A stretch of DNA of 64,000 bases from contig OY821645.1 in NCBI GenBank assembly GCA_963682135.1, positions 2,592,001 to 2,656,000 of the forward strand. Reading direction: 5' to 3'. This document shows positions 17,132 to 27,900 of the stretch, one piece after another. The stretch comes from Methanothrix sp. Its GTDB lineage: Archaea; Halobacteriota; Methanosarcinia; Methanotrichales; Methanotrichaceae. Each line of letters begins with the position of its first letter. Position 1 is the stretch's first letter. The notes below the pieces were generated by a model. It was not told where the DNA came from. It worked only from the letters and a program-made list of their open reading frames with translations, and did no database searches. Made by a program: the position numbers and the translations under genes.

Positions 17132-19096
17132 ATGCTCACTGCCGAGGAGATGAATAAGGCACGAAAGATCCTGTCGCTGCCAGGTTTTATCGCAGGCATA
17201 GCTGCTATCGCTCTTGGCTGCATATTTCTCCTCTTTGCATTGCCGTCATTGGGCCGACCGGGAGAGCTGGATTATGTCTTCTCTCAGGCCGCTGGCGGCT
17301 TTCTCATCATTCTGCTGGGGCTGGATGGCATCCTGGCCGCAGCCCTGGCCTGGCAAAGTAGCAGAGCAAAGCAAACACTGCTTCTCCTGTGCGGCCTGTA
17401 TGCCCTCACCATCTTTGCAGTCTTGGCGTATTATCGTGAATGGAATGCCTGCATAGTAATCTTAGTAATATCTGCCATAACGGGGGCGGCTTTGCGCCGC
17501 TGCCCTGGGCATGCAGCTTCCTATCTTCTTCTCTTTGCCGGACTATTCGGATTTCCTCTCACCCAGGCGGCCATAACCCTGCTGCCTTACGGTTGGAAGG
17601 CCTGGTCAGTCTCGGGACCTCTCTTTTTCTTCAGCGGTCTGGCTCTTTCGTTTTCAGGAGATTTCAGTCGTTTGCCTCTGCTCTCCGGCAAGGGCAGCCG
17701 AAGGTGGGGCTATTTAGCTTATGCTCTGGGGAGCCTGGCATTGATCGCCCTGGCTATAAGCGTCCTGGCTTACCTTCCCGGTCCGGCCGGTCCCGGAGAA
17801 GTCAGCACGGCTGCCAAATTTGAGCCGAGCTTAAACGGCACGGATGGGCAGGCGGAGCGGAAGGATTGCGGCTGTAGCCGCAGATCTCTGCAAGACCGGC
17901 AAGATCTGATTTCAAAGAATGTTGGCATCCCGGAGGAGAGTGCAGATGACATTGCGGATGACAATGTTGATGAGATGCCGGATGGCAGGCTCAGGGCAAA
18001 AATTATCTCACCTGGTGATGTGCGCACCTTTCCGCAAGGAGAGAGTGTGCTCTTTTCCGCCGGCGCTTGCGGCAAAGGGCCGCTCGGCTATTTGTGGGGA
18101 TCCAGCAGGGATGGCATCATCGGCAGGAATGAATCGTTTCAGATGAGGAACCTCAGCCTGGGATGGCATAATATCTCCCTTACGGTTACCAATTCCACCG
18201 GCTCTTCAGACCTAGCCTATGTGGAAATCGGTATAGCAAAGCCCTGGGTTTGCAGCAAGGTCAATCCCAGGCCAAAGTATTATCCCTTGGATACACCCTG
18301 TCAAGACATCTGGCCCAATGCGCCGGAGAAGTGCCAGCAGATGGAGGTCTGCCATCCTGACCTGGACTGGATTGTGGATGAGGCCATCAATGCCTGTAGC
18401 AGCGAAAGCGGGGATCGAAAAAAGTGCCGAGGACTGTATATCATAAACTCCTTTGGACCACAGGCCCGCTATATGCGAGGGTACGCGGTCTTCAAGGCCT
18501 GCTGTTCCGGGTATCCGGAATGCACACGCATGTGCGATCCGAGCATCGTCGGGACCTGCTCTTTTAGAGATGGATTCAATGAGAAAGTAGCCAACCTCTC
18601 TTGCCGGCCTGAGGAGTGGGGCGTCTCAGCCTGGCGATCAGATAACAACATGAGCGAGAATAGCGCTGTGATGGGCATGTTTCCCACCCACGCCACGGTC
18701 AACATCTTGCAGACGGGCGTATGCATCGATTATGCGGCGGCACTTACCACAATGCTGCGAAAAGCGGGCTATAACCAGAGCGAGGTCTTCAGCACTTCCA
18801 GCACGGGATATGAGCTGCCTTTGGTAGGAGATCATCCCGGTCATGCCTATAATCTGGTGCTCCTGCCGGGAGACACAAAGTACCACATTGTGGACACCAC
18901 CGGCAATGGCGACGGCATCAATCTGGGTGGCGTTCCGGGCTACTTCCGCTTCACAGGCTGCTTTTTGGGAATGCCGTCGCAGATTCGGGTAATGGATTGG
19001 TGGGTGGGCTACTGCAGCAAGATCTCAGCCCAGAGCTACAATGATGCCGGTGAGGCAAGGACGCCGGAAAAAGGGAAGATCTTCGGGTGCGCTTGA
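17132..19096 (+). CDS. Membrane protein with PKD-like and Cys-rich transglutaminase-like (papain fold) domains
   Basis: About 7 N-terminal TM segments; WGSSRDG...LSLGWHNISLTV PKD-like unit; GVCIDYA...HAY...IVD triad. Confidence 0.7.
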   Translation: MLTAEEMNKARKILSLPGFIAGIAAIALGCIFLLFALPSLGRPGELDYVFSQAAGGFLIILLGLDGILAAALAWQSSRAKQTLLLLCGLYALTIFAVLAYYREWNACIVILVISAITGAALRRCPGHAASYLLLFAGLFGFPLTQAAITLLPYGWKAWSVSGPLFFFSGLALSFSGDFSRLPLLSGKGSRRWGYLAYALGSLALIALAISVLAYLPGPAGPGEVSTAAKFEPSLNGTDGQAERKDCGCSRRSLQDRQDLISKNVGIPEESADDIADDNVDEMPDGRLRAKIISPGDVRTFPQGESVLFSAGACGKGPLGYLWGSSRDGIIGRNESFQMRNLSLGWHNISLTVTNSTGSSDLAYVEIGIAKPWVCSKVNPRPKYYPLDTPCQDIWPNAPEKCQQMEVCHPDLDWIVDEAINACSSESGDRKKCRGLYIINSFGPQARYMRGYAVFKACCSGYPECTRMCDPSIVGTCSFRDGFNEKVANLSCRPEEWGVSAWRSDNNMSENSAVMGMFPTHATVNILQTGVCIDYAAALTTMLRKAGYNQSEVFSTSSTGYELPLVGDHPGHAYNLVLLPGDTKYHIVDTTGNGDGINLGGVPGYFRFTGCFLGMPSQIRVMDWWVGYCSKISAQSYNDAGEARTPEKGKIFGCA

Positions 19097-19424
19097 ATGA
19101 GCTTTCCAATTTCATTATGCTCACTTCGAAGGAAAGTTCCGATTGACCGAAACTTAGATATACAAAAAAGGATATAATATTAAGATTCATAGGTCAGTCT
19201 CCTTAGAAGGTGAGTTTCTGGCTGAGACGATAGATCTTACAGATGAGTTTGACACAAACTCTGCCTGCCTTTAGCAACTCATTGCCTGGTAACGTAACAA
19301 AGGATCTCGTTACAGCTATCAAGATATCCCTATTGATCTGCTTCGTTCATGTACCCTTGGCAGGCATCTCTTGAAAGCGCCTGTGGTGAATAGCATATGC
19401 TCACACATGGAGGTGAGCAACAAG

Positions 19425-19580
19425 ATGAAGCAGAATCTAAATGATATAAGGGAACGTATTGCCGCAGCAAGAATCGGCGAGTGGCAAAATAGCCTGGCAG
19501 ATCGTTGGCGCTATTGCTTCTTGGATGATCTCGCCAAGACCTGTGATGCACTATGCCCAATTATCAGTAATGCCCCATGA
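19425..19580 (+). CDS. Small hypothetical protein, 51 aa
   Basis: Strong GGAGGTGA RBS before MKQNLNDIRERIAAARIGEWQNSLADRWRYCFLDDLAKTCDALCPIISNAP. Confidence 0.5.
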   Translation: MKQNLNDIRERIAAARIGEWQNSLADRWRYCFLDDLAKTCDALCPIISNAP

Positions 19581-19709
19581 GGTTAACACTCATTCATACG
19601 GACTCGCAGAGCAGGATAATGGGTGGGCGCTTTTGGCTTGGTAGGTCTGGCTTGATCATACGGGCATTTTGGCCGGGGATGGGGGGGCGAATTGCCCGGC
19701 CAATAGCCC

Positions 19710-20174
19710 TCAGGCCGGAACAGGTGTCGCCATAGATTGATGCATACTCTTTTCCATGGTTGCATCGAGAGCTATGCGCATCTCCTCCTTTTGTGCCTCC
19801 TCAAAGCTGCCGTTCTCCAGGAGGTCCTCCATCATGCCGCTGATGATATCATCCATGACTTCCATCTTAAAGTAAAGTCGCTGCCTTTGTGCGTAGTAAT
19901 AATTTATCTGCAGCTGCAGAACGGGATTCGCGGTAGCTTGCTCGTTATTGCTGAGGCTGGCCAGTTCGTCATCCGTCTTTTTGGCTTTATCCTTGATCTT
20001 GTTGTAAAGGTCAAACCAGGTGAGAATCGCAGAGGAGTCCAGCTTGGAGAGCTTGGGCATCATGCGCCCAAATCTCTGGGATAGCTTGATCAGGTCCTCA
20101 TTGGCAGAGCGAATGACATCCTGATGGCGGGCAATATCGGATCCGTATTTTGTGAATTCTGGGTTCTTAGACAT
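19710..20174 (-). CDS. Hypothetical helical protein
   Basis: 154-aa ORF with GGTGA RBS and coiled-coil-like composition. Confidence 0.75.
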   Translation of the reverse strand: MSKNPEFTKYGSDIARHQDVIRSANEDLIKLSQRFGRMMPKLSKLDSSAILTWFDLYNKIKDKAKKTDDELASLSNNEQATANPVLQLQINYYYAQRQRLYFKMEVMDDIISGMMEDLLENGSFEEAQKEEMRIALDATMEKSMHQSMATPVPA

Positions 20175-20334
20175 CTATATCACCTGACGCAAAATTATAG
20201 CGAAGCTGTCATTATGGGATAGAATAACATAGGCATGTAGCAGATAATAAGGACAAGCCGTGCGGGGCGAAAGTGATTGTATTGAGTGAGAATTTGCTGG
20301 CATACGATATAGGGATATCATTTGGGGATACGAT

Positions 20335-20970
20335 ATGACCTGCCGCAGTGAAAAAATCGGCCAGGTGCGCCGTCTCTGCCATCAGCTCTGCTTCGCCTCC
20401 TGCGTGGAAGAGAAGCGGCAGGGCTGTCATGTTGAGCTTTTGCGCCTGCGGCCTCACTGGTCCGTCTTGAAGAGAGAGGAGCAGATGGCCAGTATAGACC
20501 GGGGTGAGAAGGTTCCCTTCGACGTTTCCCTGCCCCTGCCTGCCCGAGACGAGCGAGAGGGCTCAGACAAAGGGGTCGGGCTCTTTTGGGAGCGTTTTAT
20601 GTGCCAGCAGTGCGGCAGGTGCTGCTTTACACCAGGAGCCGGCCTGTACCTGGAAAAAGAGGATTTTGAGAGAATAGCAGAGCGAGTGGGAAAGAAGAAG
20701 CTAAAGCCCCTCTGCCGGTACGACAAAACCCTCCATGCCTGGGTGCTCAGACAGCCCTGTCCGTTTTACGATAAGGACAAAAGGGGCTGCACCATCTACG
20801 ATATCAGGCCGCTTACCTGCACCAAATACCCGCTTCATCCGCCACTGCCGCAGATGCCCTACAACCTGGCCGTAGATGCCTTCTGTCCGGCGGCGCGCCT
20901 CCTGGCCAAGGAGACCCTGGGCTGGTGGATCATCTGCGAGAACCACTGGGCGGCACTACTTCACAAGTAG
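20335..20970 (+). CDS. YkgJ-family cysteine cluster protein
   Basis: CQQCGRCC...PCPF...CTIYDIRPLTCTKYP. Confidence 0.88.
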   Translation: MTCRSEKIGQVRRLCHQLCFASCVEEKRQGCHVELLRLRPHWSVLKREEQMASIDRGEKVPFDVSLPLPARDEREGSDKGVGLFWERFMCQQCGRCCFTPGAGLYLEKEDFERIAERVGKKKLKPLCRYDKTLHAWVLRQPCPFYDKDKRGCTIYDIRPLTCTKYPLHPPLPQMPYNLAVDAFCPAARLLAKETLGWWIICENHWAALLHK

Positions 20971-20979
20971 GATCGCAAT

Positions 20980-21768
20980 TCAGAGCTGAAGGAGAAGGCA
21001 TTCTTTTAGCCATTTTATTCGATCGGACCGCCCCACTTCATTGAGAGTATAATGGTCCGCATCATACCATCTAATGGACTTGGGCTCGCTTGCTGCGCTG
21101 TAATAATCCAGGAATTTCTGCCTGGGAAAAAAGGCATCACGAAGCCCGAACTGAAAGAATAGAGCCGTAGGTGCAGCATTCTTTATATGGCGTATGGGGT
21201 CGATGGGCTCCATGATCGTTTTATATCTTTCCAACTCGCTCCCGGCAAGGGATGGCATGTTCAGTTGGGCTACATCGGTGAAGCTTCCCACGCCTGCCAT
21301 CAGCACGCAGGCTTTTATCCTCTTGTCCATTTCCGATAGCATGCCTCCAAAGAGAGCGCCCATGCTATGGCCGACATATGCTATGCGACTTCTGTCCACA
21401 TAAGGCTGCGAAGAGATCAGATCAACGGCGCGCTGCAAATCTCCGGCAATCTCCATGAACCAGTCGCGTACGTCTTCCGGCAGTCCGCTGGCTCTCTTGC
21501 CAAATTCTTCTCCGTTGGCCCAGGGCGCATCAATTAGCAGGCAGATGGCATTGGCTCTTGCCAGAGTTATCGCCTCATCCAAAAAGGAAGATCTGTTTCC
21601 CGGGCCGGGATGAACGAAGATGATTCCCGGAAATGGGCCTTCTCCAGCCGGTACAACCAGGTAAGCTCTGATTCTTCCTTCTCTTAGGCCGGCATAGCTG
21701 ATATCGTGCACAGAGATGCCGCTGTGATATTTTATGCCCTCTTCTTGGCAGGAAAGTATCTCTTTCAT
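20980..21768 (-). CDS. Alpha/beta hydrolase (esterase or dienelactone hydrolase-like)
   Basis: GHSMG nucleophile elbow, VDRSRI, C-terminal D and H residues. Confidence 0.85.
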   Translation of the reverse strand: MKEILSCQEEGIKYHSGISVHDISYAGLREGRIRAYLVVPAGEGPFPGIIFVHPGPGNRSSFLDEAITLARANAICLLIDAPWANGEEFGKRASGLPEDVRDWFMEIAGDLQRAVDLISSQPYVDRSRIAYVGHSMGALFGGMLSEMDKRIKACVLMAGVGSFTDVAQLNMPSLAGSELERYKTIMEPIDPIRHIKNAAPTALFFQFGLRDAFFPRQKFLDYYSAASEPKSIRWYDADHYTLNEVGRSDRIKWLKECLLLQL

Positions 21769-22451
21769 TGGAACATGCCTTTCTTGTTCATGTAGTCTAT
21801 AATCTCTGCAAAGCCGTTACCGTATTCTGCCTGGGACACGTAATCGGAGATCCTCTTCAGTTCAGGGCCGGAGTTGCCCACAGAGGCGCTAAAGCCGGCC
21901 AGCCGGTACATGGGCAGGTCGCTGTTGCTGTCGCCGATCGCGGCAAACTCGGACAGATCGATTTGCATGCGACTGGCAATGCGGACCAGACCCGTGCCCT
22001 TGTCAACCCGCTTGTCTTTGATGTGCACGGCATATGTGGTGTCAATGATCTCCACAGGCAACCCCAGCTCCTGGGCGCGCCTGTCTGCAGCTTTTGCATC
22101 GAAGGTGCGTTGCAGGGCGATGTCGGTAAATCTGTAGCGTGAGGAGTTGTATTTTTGCAAGGGGAATTCTGCGGCCAGCTTTTGGAAGGCATCCTCACAA
22201 ACCTTAATGTCCGCCAGGATCTCCATCTCCTCTTCCGAGTAGGACAGCACGCCACCATTTTCAGCTATGAAGATGCGAGGCGTGCCCAGGAGAACGGAAA
22301 CCGTTCTGGTAAAGCAGTGGGTATTGCCCGTGCTCAGCACTACGGGCACCTTTAGCCTACGCAGTGCCCGCAGGGCGGCAGGGCATAGCACCCGGTTTTG
22401 GTCGCTCAGGGTGCCGTCGATATCCACAACCAGGGCGCGGATCATTGCCAT
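21765..22451 (-). CDS. HAD-family phosphoglycolate phosphatase (archaeal type)
   Basis: DIDGTL, STGN, IAENGG, VDKGTG, IGDSNSD. Confidence 0.9.
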   Translation of the reverse strand: MAMIRALVVDIDGTLSDQNRVLCPAALRALRRLKVPVVLSTGNTHCFTRTVSVLLGTPRIFIAENGGVLSYSEEEMEILADIKVCEDAFQKLAAEFPLQKYNSSRYRFTDIALQRTFDAKAADRRAQELGLPVEIIDTTYAVHIKDKRVDKGTGLVRIASRMQIDLSEFAAIGDSNSDLPMYRLAGFSASVGNSGPELKRISDYVSQAEYGNGFAEIIDYMNKKGMFQ

Positions 22452-22717
22452 TGCCCCAGTTTTCCCGTTCCTTGAGAAATCGCTCTGCACTCTGCTCTTC
22501 CTGTTGCCATCATCTCTGCCCTTTCTTCTGCTTTCTCTTTCCAGTGGATGAAATTGAGTGTAAAGTCTGACGCCTCCAAATTATGATCATAGCCATTTTG
22601 GCACTAAAAAAAGGTTTCGTCAACTAGAAAATGAATAGGCGGCCTATGGAGCGGCGGTTGTCAGTCCGAAAAAAAGTTAAATCATTAACCTCTTATTAAA
22701 TATTAATCAATCTGGAG

Positions 22718-24316
22718 TTGGTAAATATGAAGAATAAACGAGTTTTCCCAATGTTACTATTATCTTTCTTGCTTCTCATTCTTTCAAGTACGGGCGTTCT
22801 TGCTGCGCCTGCGCAAGATATCAAGGACCAGGCAACTGCTCTAACCGATAGCGGGGGGGACTTCCGAGCCGTAACCTATCCCTGCTATTTTGAGGGAATT
22901 GTGCGGGACGCGACGACAGGGGCGCCTATCAAAGAGGCCAGCGTGACCTTCGTCAAGGAGGACAAGAGCAAATCCTGGACTGCCACTACCTCCGATAGCG
23001 GGCGCTACCGTCGGGAGCTGCCTGAAGGCAGGTACAACTACATTGCTACCCACTGCGATTATATCATGCAATCCAGCGCTTCTCCGGTAGAGGTAAAAGC
23101 TCCCTACACCAAGAGAGTGCGAGGCGCAGGTGGCATTGTCCGGGAGGTAACCATCACGAGCGAGAGGTCCAGGGTTGTGGATATTAATATGAACGCCCGG
23201 CCCACAACCGTCTTGCTTGTTACTACATCTCTACTGAGCAGGACGGCAGAACTTGATGAGGCCGTCTCTCGCTATACTGAAGTCATCAGCCGCAAGGATG
23301 GGCTTTCCGCTAGCTACGTTGTGCTCGATTCTGAGGATTGCCGGGCCGCTTACGGGGTGCGGCTGAGTGATCCTGCCAGTTGGGAGGAGATCAGAGGAGT
23401 GCTGCAGGCCATCACCGATCAGACCGGGCCGTGCTACATCATTCTCCTGGGTGGCCCGTTTGTGCTGCCCGTACCCCAGGTGGTCACCATTGGCGGCAGC
23501 CCCTGGTATCTGCCGGCTGACGGCTGGTACATCGATTTTGACGAAAACGGCGTGGTGGACGAAGGATTTGCCATAAGCCGCATGCCGGATGTTTCCGCCG
23601 GCTCTTCCGCCGTGGCTGCAGCCATGGAGAGCGCCAGCGATCTTCACGAGGCGGGGGGCTTTGGCATGATTCCTGAGATGCTTCTCTCCACGCGGTGCTG
23701 GGCGGCTCCGCCTGCGGGCCTGGGCGACGCCTGCCGGGATGATGCGCCCACCTGCGGGCAGTGTTACGCCACTCCGCCTTACGGGGTGTGCGATGAATGC
23801 GACCGCCGTGCGCAGATGTTTGATTTGATGTCTTCCAGCGACTACATCTTCATCATGGGGCACGGCAGCCCGGTTTCCTTCTCGACCAATGAGCACATCC
23901 CCATATTCAATCTGGAGAATGTGGCAAACGTAGATCTGAGCCATCATCCTCTCATCTCCGGCTGGGTCTCCTGCAACACCGGCCAGCTCTACAGCGACCG
24001 CCCCTCCTTTGCTACGGAGTTTCTCGGAAGCGGGGCGGCAGCCTTCCTGGCCCGCACCACCGATCAGGGAACGCCAGGCCTTTTCGCAGAGAAGTTCGAG
24101 CCCTACATCAAGGGCGAGAGCCCCTCGGGCCGCTATCGGCTGGGTGACGCCCTGAGCGATCTGATGAGAGAGGTCGTTCTCAGGAAAGGGGATAGTGAGA
24201 GGAGAATCACCATGCAGCTATGCATGTTTGGAGATCCCACACTCAAGAGAGTGCAGCTTGAGCTGCCTGCCACGGGGATGATGGCTACGGCCACTACTTT
24301 TTCCAGGGGGAGTTGA
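22718..24316 (+). CDS. Secreted peptidase C25 (gingipain)-like protein with carboxypeptidase-regulatory-like domain
   Basis: Signal peptide; GIVRDATTGAPI...A.V unit; YIILLGG, ISRMP, GHGS, SCNTG, MFGDP. Confidence 0.75.
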   Translation: MVNMKNKRVFPMLLLSFLLLILSSTGVLAAPAQDIKDQATALTDSGGDFRAVTYPCYFEGIVRDATTGAPIKEASVTFVKEDKSKSWTATTSDSGRYRRELPEGRYNYIATHCDYIMQSSASPVEVKAPYTKRVRGAGGIVREVTITSERSRVVDINMNARPTTVLLVTTSLLSRTAELDEAVSRYTEVISRKDGLSASYVVLDSEDCRAAYGVRLSDPASWEEIRGVLQAITDQTGPCYIILLGGPFVLPVPQVVTIGGSPWYLPADGWYIDFDENGVVDEGFAISRMPDVSAGSSAVAAAMESASDLHEAGGFGMIPEMLLSTRCWAAPPAGLGDACRDDAPTCGQCYATPPYGVCDECDRRAQMFDLMSSSDYIFIMGHGSPVSFSTNEHIPIFNLENVANVDLSHHPLISGWVSCNTGQLYSDRPSFATEFLGSGAAAFLARTTDQGTPGLFAEKFEPYIKGESPSGRYRLGDALSDLMREVVLRKGDSERRITMQLCMFGDPTLKRVQLELPATGMMATATTFSRGS

Positions 24317-24318
24317 GA

Positions 24319-24615
24319 ATGCTGATGGGAAAGAAAGCCAAGCCGGCATCGCCTGAGGAGATGGCAGCTGTTCATCACGCTCTGGAGAGCCCCATTCGCA
24401 GGAATATGATCATCCTCATGAACCGGGGGGTTTTGAGCGTGCCGGAGATTGCGGCGGCTGTGGGCGAGAAGATGCTCGACTACCACCTGCACCGCCTGGA
24501 GCTGGCCGGGCTGATTGAGCTGGAGGAGGGAAGAATTGTGCTCACCGAGGCGGGGGTGGCCTACGGCGGGCTGGTGAGGGAGCAGAAGGAGAAGGGAGGG
24601 GCGGATAAGACGTGA
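24319..24615 (+). CDS. ArsR-like winged-helix protein
   Basis: HALESPIRRNMI...LDYHLHRLELAGLI...LTEAG. Confidence 0.82.
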   Translation: MLMGKKAKPASPEEMAAVHHALESPIRRNMIILMNRGVLSVPEIAAAVGEKMLDYHLHRLELAGLIELEEGRIVLTEAGVAYGGLVREQKEKGGADKT

Positions 24616-24747
24616 AATATAGAGCGAAAATAGGCGCACGTTTGAGGGGTCATAATATTATTTTGCTGCACTTATTAGTACTTTCTGGCCTAATCGAAGA
24701 TCTGATTGCAGGAGGATTATGTGGCCTTTGCGAACGGTGGGCCATTT

Positions 24748-24810
24748 TTCGCGTCTTCGCGTGAGATTCAACAGGGTCCGTTTTCGCGCGAAGGCGCGAA
24801 GCCGCGAAGT
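24748..24810. repeat. REP-like inverted repeat doublet (CGCGAAG units)
   Basis: TTCGCGTCTTCGCGTGAGA (24748-24766) pairs imperfectly with TTTCGCGCGAAGGCGCGAAGCCGCGAAG (24782-24809). Confidence 0.7.
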
Positions 24811-24980
24811 TTGGACATTTGCTTGTTTCATCCTAGATGTACTGGCAAATCTTAAATTCTAGACAACCGTTTCTGTTGCCTAATGATTTGAAAAATCTAA
24901 GACAAAACTATAACATTATTAATATTGGATAATATATTGAATATGACGCGAATTAACGCTTAACACTGCGTGAGGAATAA

Positions 24981-27900
24981 ATGACTGGACTGACCTGGCT
25001 TCATCTTTCGGACTGGCATCAAGCAGAACGCAAATTCAATCGCAAAGTTGTTTGCGATGCCCTCATTAAGGATATAAAAGCGAGAGAAAAAATAAATCCT
25101 CATTTGAGCAAAATAGATTTCATCATATTTAGTGGGGATGCGGCCAAAAGTGGGCAGCCAGATGAGTATACGAAGGCAACAGAGGATTTATTCAACCCTC
25201 TTTTAGAAGCCTGTCAATTGGGAAAAGACCGGCTATTTATTGTCCCTGGCAATCATGATTTGGATCGTGATCTAATTCCTGCTGCACTTTCGAAGCCTTT
25301 GACATCCAATGAAGAAGTTGAACCTTGGTGGAGCGAGGATAAGAAAAGAGTGCAGTTATCGCAACCGTTCCAGGCTTTTAATCGCTTTCTGACTGATTGC
25401 ACAGGCCAAAAGCCTCCGGAATATTGCAGTGTAGGCTCATTTGAGATCGACGGTAGAAAAATAGATTTGCTAGGTATCAATTCTGCATGGATGTGTGCTC
25501 GCCATAAAGACGAGGCAGGGGAATTCAGTGACCAGGGATATCTTTGCATTGGCGAATCGCAGATCTACGATTCTCTTGAGAATATCTCGGACTCGGATAT
25601 CAAAATTGCCGTGATTCACCATCCTCTCGACTGGTTGGCTCCATTTGATTCAAGTCGAAATGAGGTGCATTTAAAACGAAAATGTAATTTCATACTCCAT
25701 GGTCATGCCCATAAGCCGGGAGCATCCGCAGTCCGAGACAACTTTGGCTATTATATCACAATTCCTGCAGGGGCTTGCTATGACAGAAGCATGTCCGCAA
25801 ATTCCGACTACACCTATTCATACAATTATGTCCATTTGGATTTTGATACAGACAAAGGCATTGTCTTTCCGCGTCGCTGGAGTGATTTGAACCGGGTATG
25901 GCGAAAAGACGATGAAACGTTTTCCACCACGAATGGCGAATTTCGTTTTTCGATTTCCGGATCTGAAAAAGCACCCATTCCCCATCAAATCCCACCGCCT
26001 CCGCGTGACTTCAAAGGCCGCGAGGATGAAATCTGCGACATCCTCTCCAACTTTGAAAAAGGTGCCACCATCACCGGCCTGCGTGGCATGGGCGGCGTGG
26101 GCAAGACTGCTCTGGCCCTGGTCCTGGCAGACAAGCTTAAGAGCCAATCTCCCGATGGCCAGATCTTCGTAGACATGCGGGGAACGAGTAACAATCCGGA
26201 TTTGCCTCCAATGGTGCCGGAAGATGCCATGGCTCAGATCATCCGGGCCTACAATCCTGCGGATCGCTTGCCGAGAAACGCAAATGAACTGCGTGATCTG
26301 TTTTTCTCCATTCTGGATGGCAAACGTGTTCTTCTGCTGCTGGATAATGCCGCCGACAACGGGCAGGTGGAGCCTCTGCTGCCTCCCGTAGGCTGCACTG
26401 TCCTAATCACATCGAGAATAAAATTCGCCTTGCCAGGTTTAGCGGAAAAAGATCTGGACATCTTGCCATTGGATAAAGCATGCGAGCTTCTTCTTCATAT
26501 TGCCCCGCGTATTGGCAACTGGGCAGAGGAACTAGCGAAACTGTGTGGCCGCCTTCCTCTTGCTCTTCGCAATGCAGGCAGTGCGCTAGCTAAAAAACGG
26601 GATTTGAGCGTTCCCGAATATCAAAAACGTCTGAAGGATAAGATGGAACGGCTTAAATTGGTAGAAGGGTCCTTCAGCCTCAGCTACGATCTTCTCACTC
26701 CTGGACGAAAAAAGCAATGGCGGCGTTTGTCGGTCTTTCCGGAAGACTTTGATCGCAATGCTGCGACTGCTGTTCTAAAGATGGCTCCAGAACCGTCGGC
26801 TGAGGCTCTGAGCGATTTGGTGCGATGGAGCTTGGTGGACTATATTGAAGCACCAGATTCCGAAGAGGGCCGATACAAGCTACATGATTTGGCTCGCCTT
26901 TTCGCAGAATCATGTCTCAAAGGTGATGAACTTGCGGATGCCCAGCAGAAACATGCCATGTATTACTCGAAAGTTCTTTATAAATCTGAAAAATTCTACC
27001 AAAAAGGTGGAACTAATGTCTTAGTAGGTCTCAAGCTTTTCGATAGTGAATGGGCCAATATCAAAGTTGGGCAAGCCTGGGTAAAGGAGAAGATTCAAGG
27101 ATTGAATAAATTGAATGAGAGTGATTTGAAATCAGTCTCGCAATTGGCTCGGTCTTATGCAGGTGCAGGAGGTAATGTATTGGATTTGCGCCTGCATCAA
27201 CGGGATAAAATTGGCTGGCTTGAAACAGGTCTAAAAGCAGCAAGAATAATGAGAGATCAAGGCAATGAAGGAGTTCATTTGGGCAACCTGGGGCTAGCCT
27301 ACATCTACCTGGGCGAAACTCGCAAGTCAATTGAATATCTAGAAAGGGCATTGAATATCTCCCGAAAGGTTGGAAACAGAAGTGGCGAATGCGTTCACTT
27401 GGGCAATCTGGGCCATGCCTATGTTGGGCTAGGCGAGACTGGCAAGGCAGTCGAGTACTACAATAAGGCTCTAGCCATCTCCCAAGAGATCGGCGACAGA
27501 AGGAATAAGGGACTCGTTCTGGGCGCCTTGGGATCAGCCTACTATGCTCTGGGTGAGACTCGCAAGGCGATCGTTTACTTTGAAAAGGCTCTAGGTATCA
27601 CCAAAGAAATCGGTGACATTGAGAATAAAGGAGTCTGGCTGGGCAACCTGGGCAATGCCTACGCCGACCTGGGCGAGACTCGCAAGGCCATCGAATATCA
27701 CGAGCAGGCACTGGCCATCGACCGCGAGATTGGCGACAGGAGGGGCGAAGGAGCCGACCTGGGCAACCTGGGCCTGGCCTACGCTGACCTGGGCGAGACT
27801 TGCAAGGCCATCGAGTACCACGAACAGGCACTGGCCATCACTCGCGAGATCGAAGACAAACAGAACGAAGGAGAATTTCTCTGTAATTTGGGCAAAGCTT

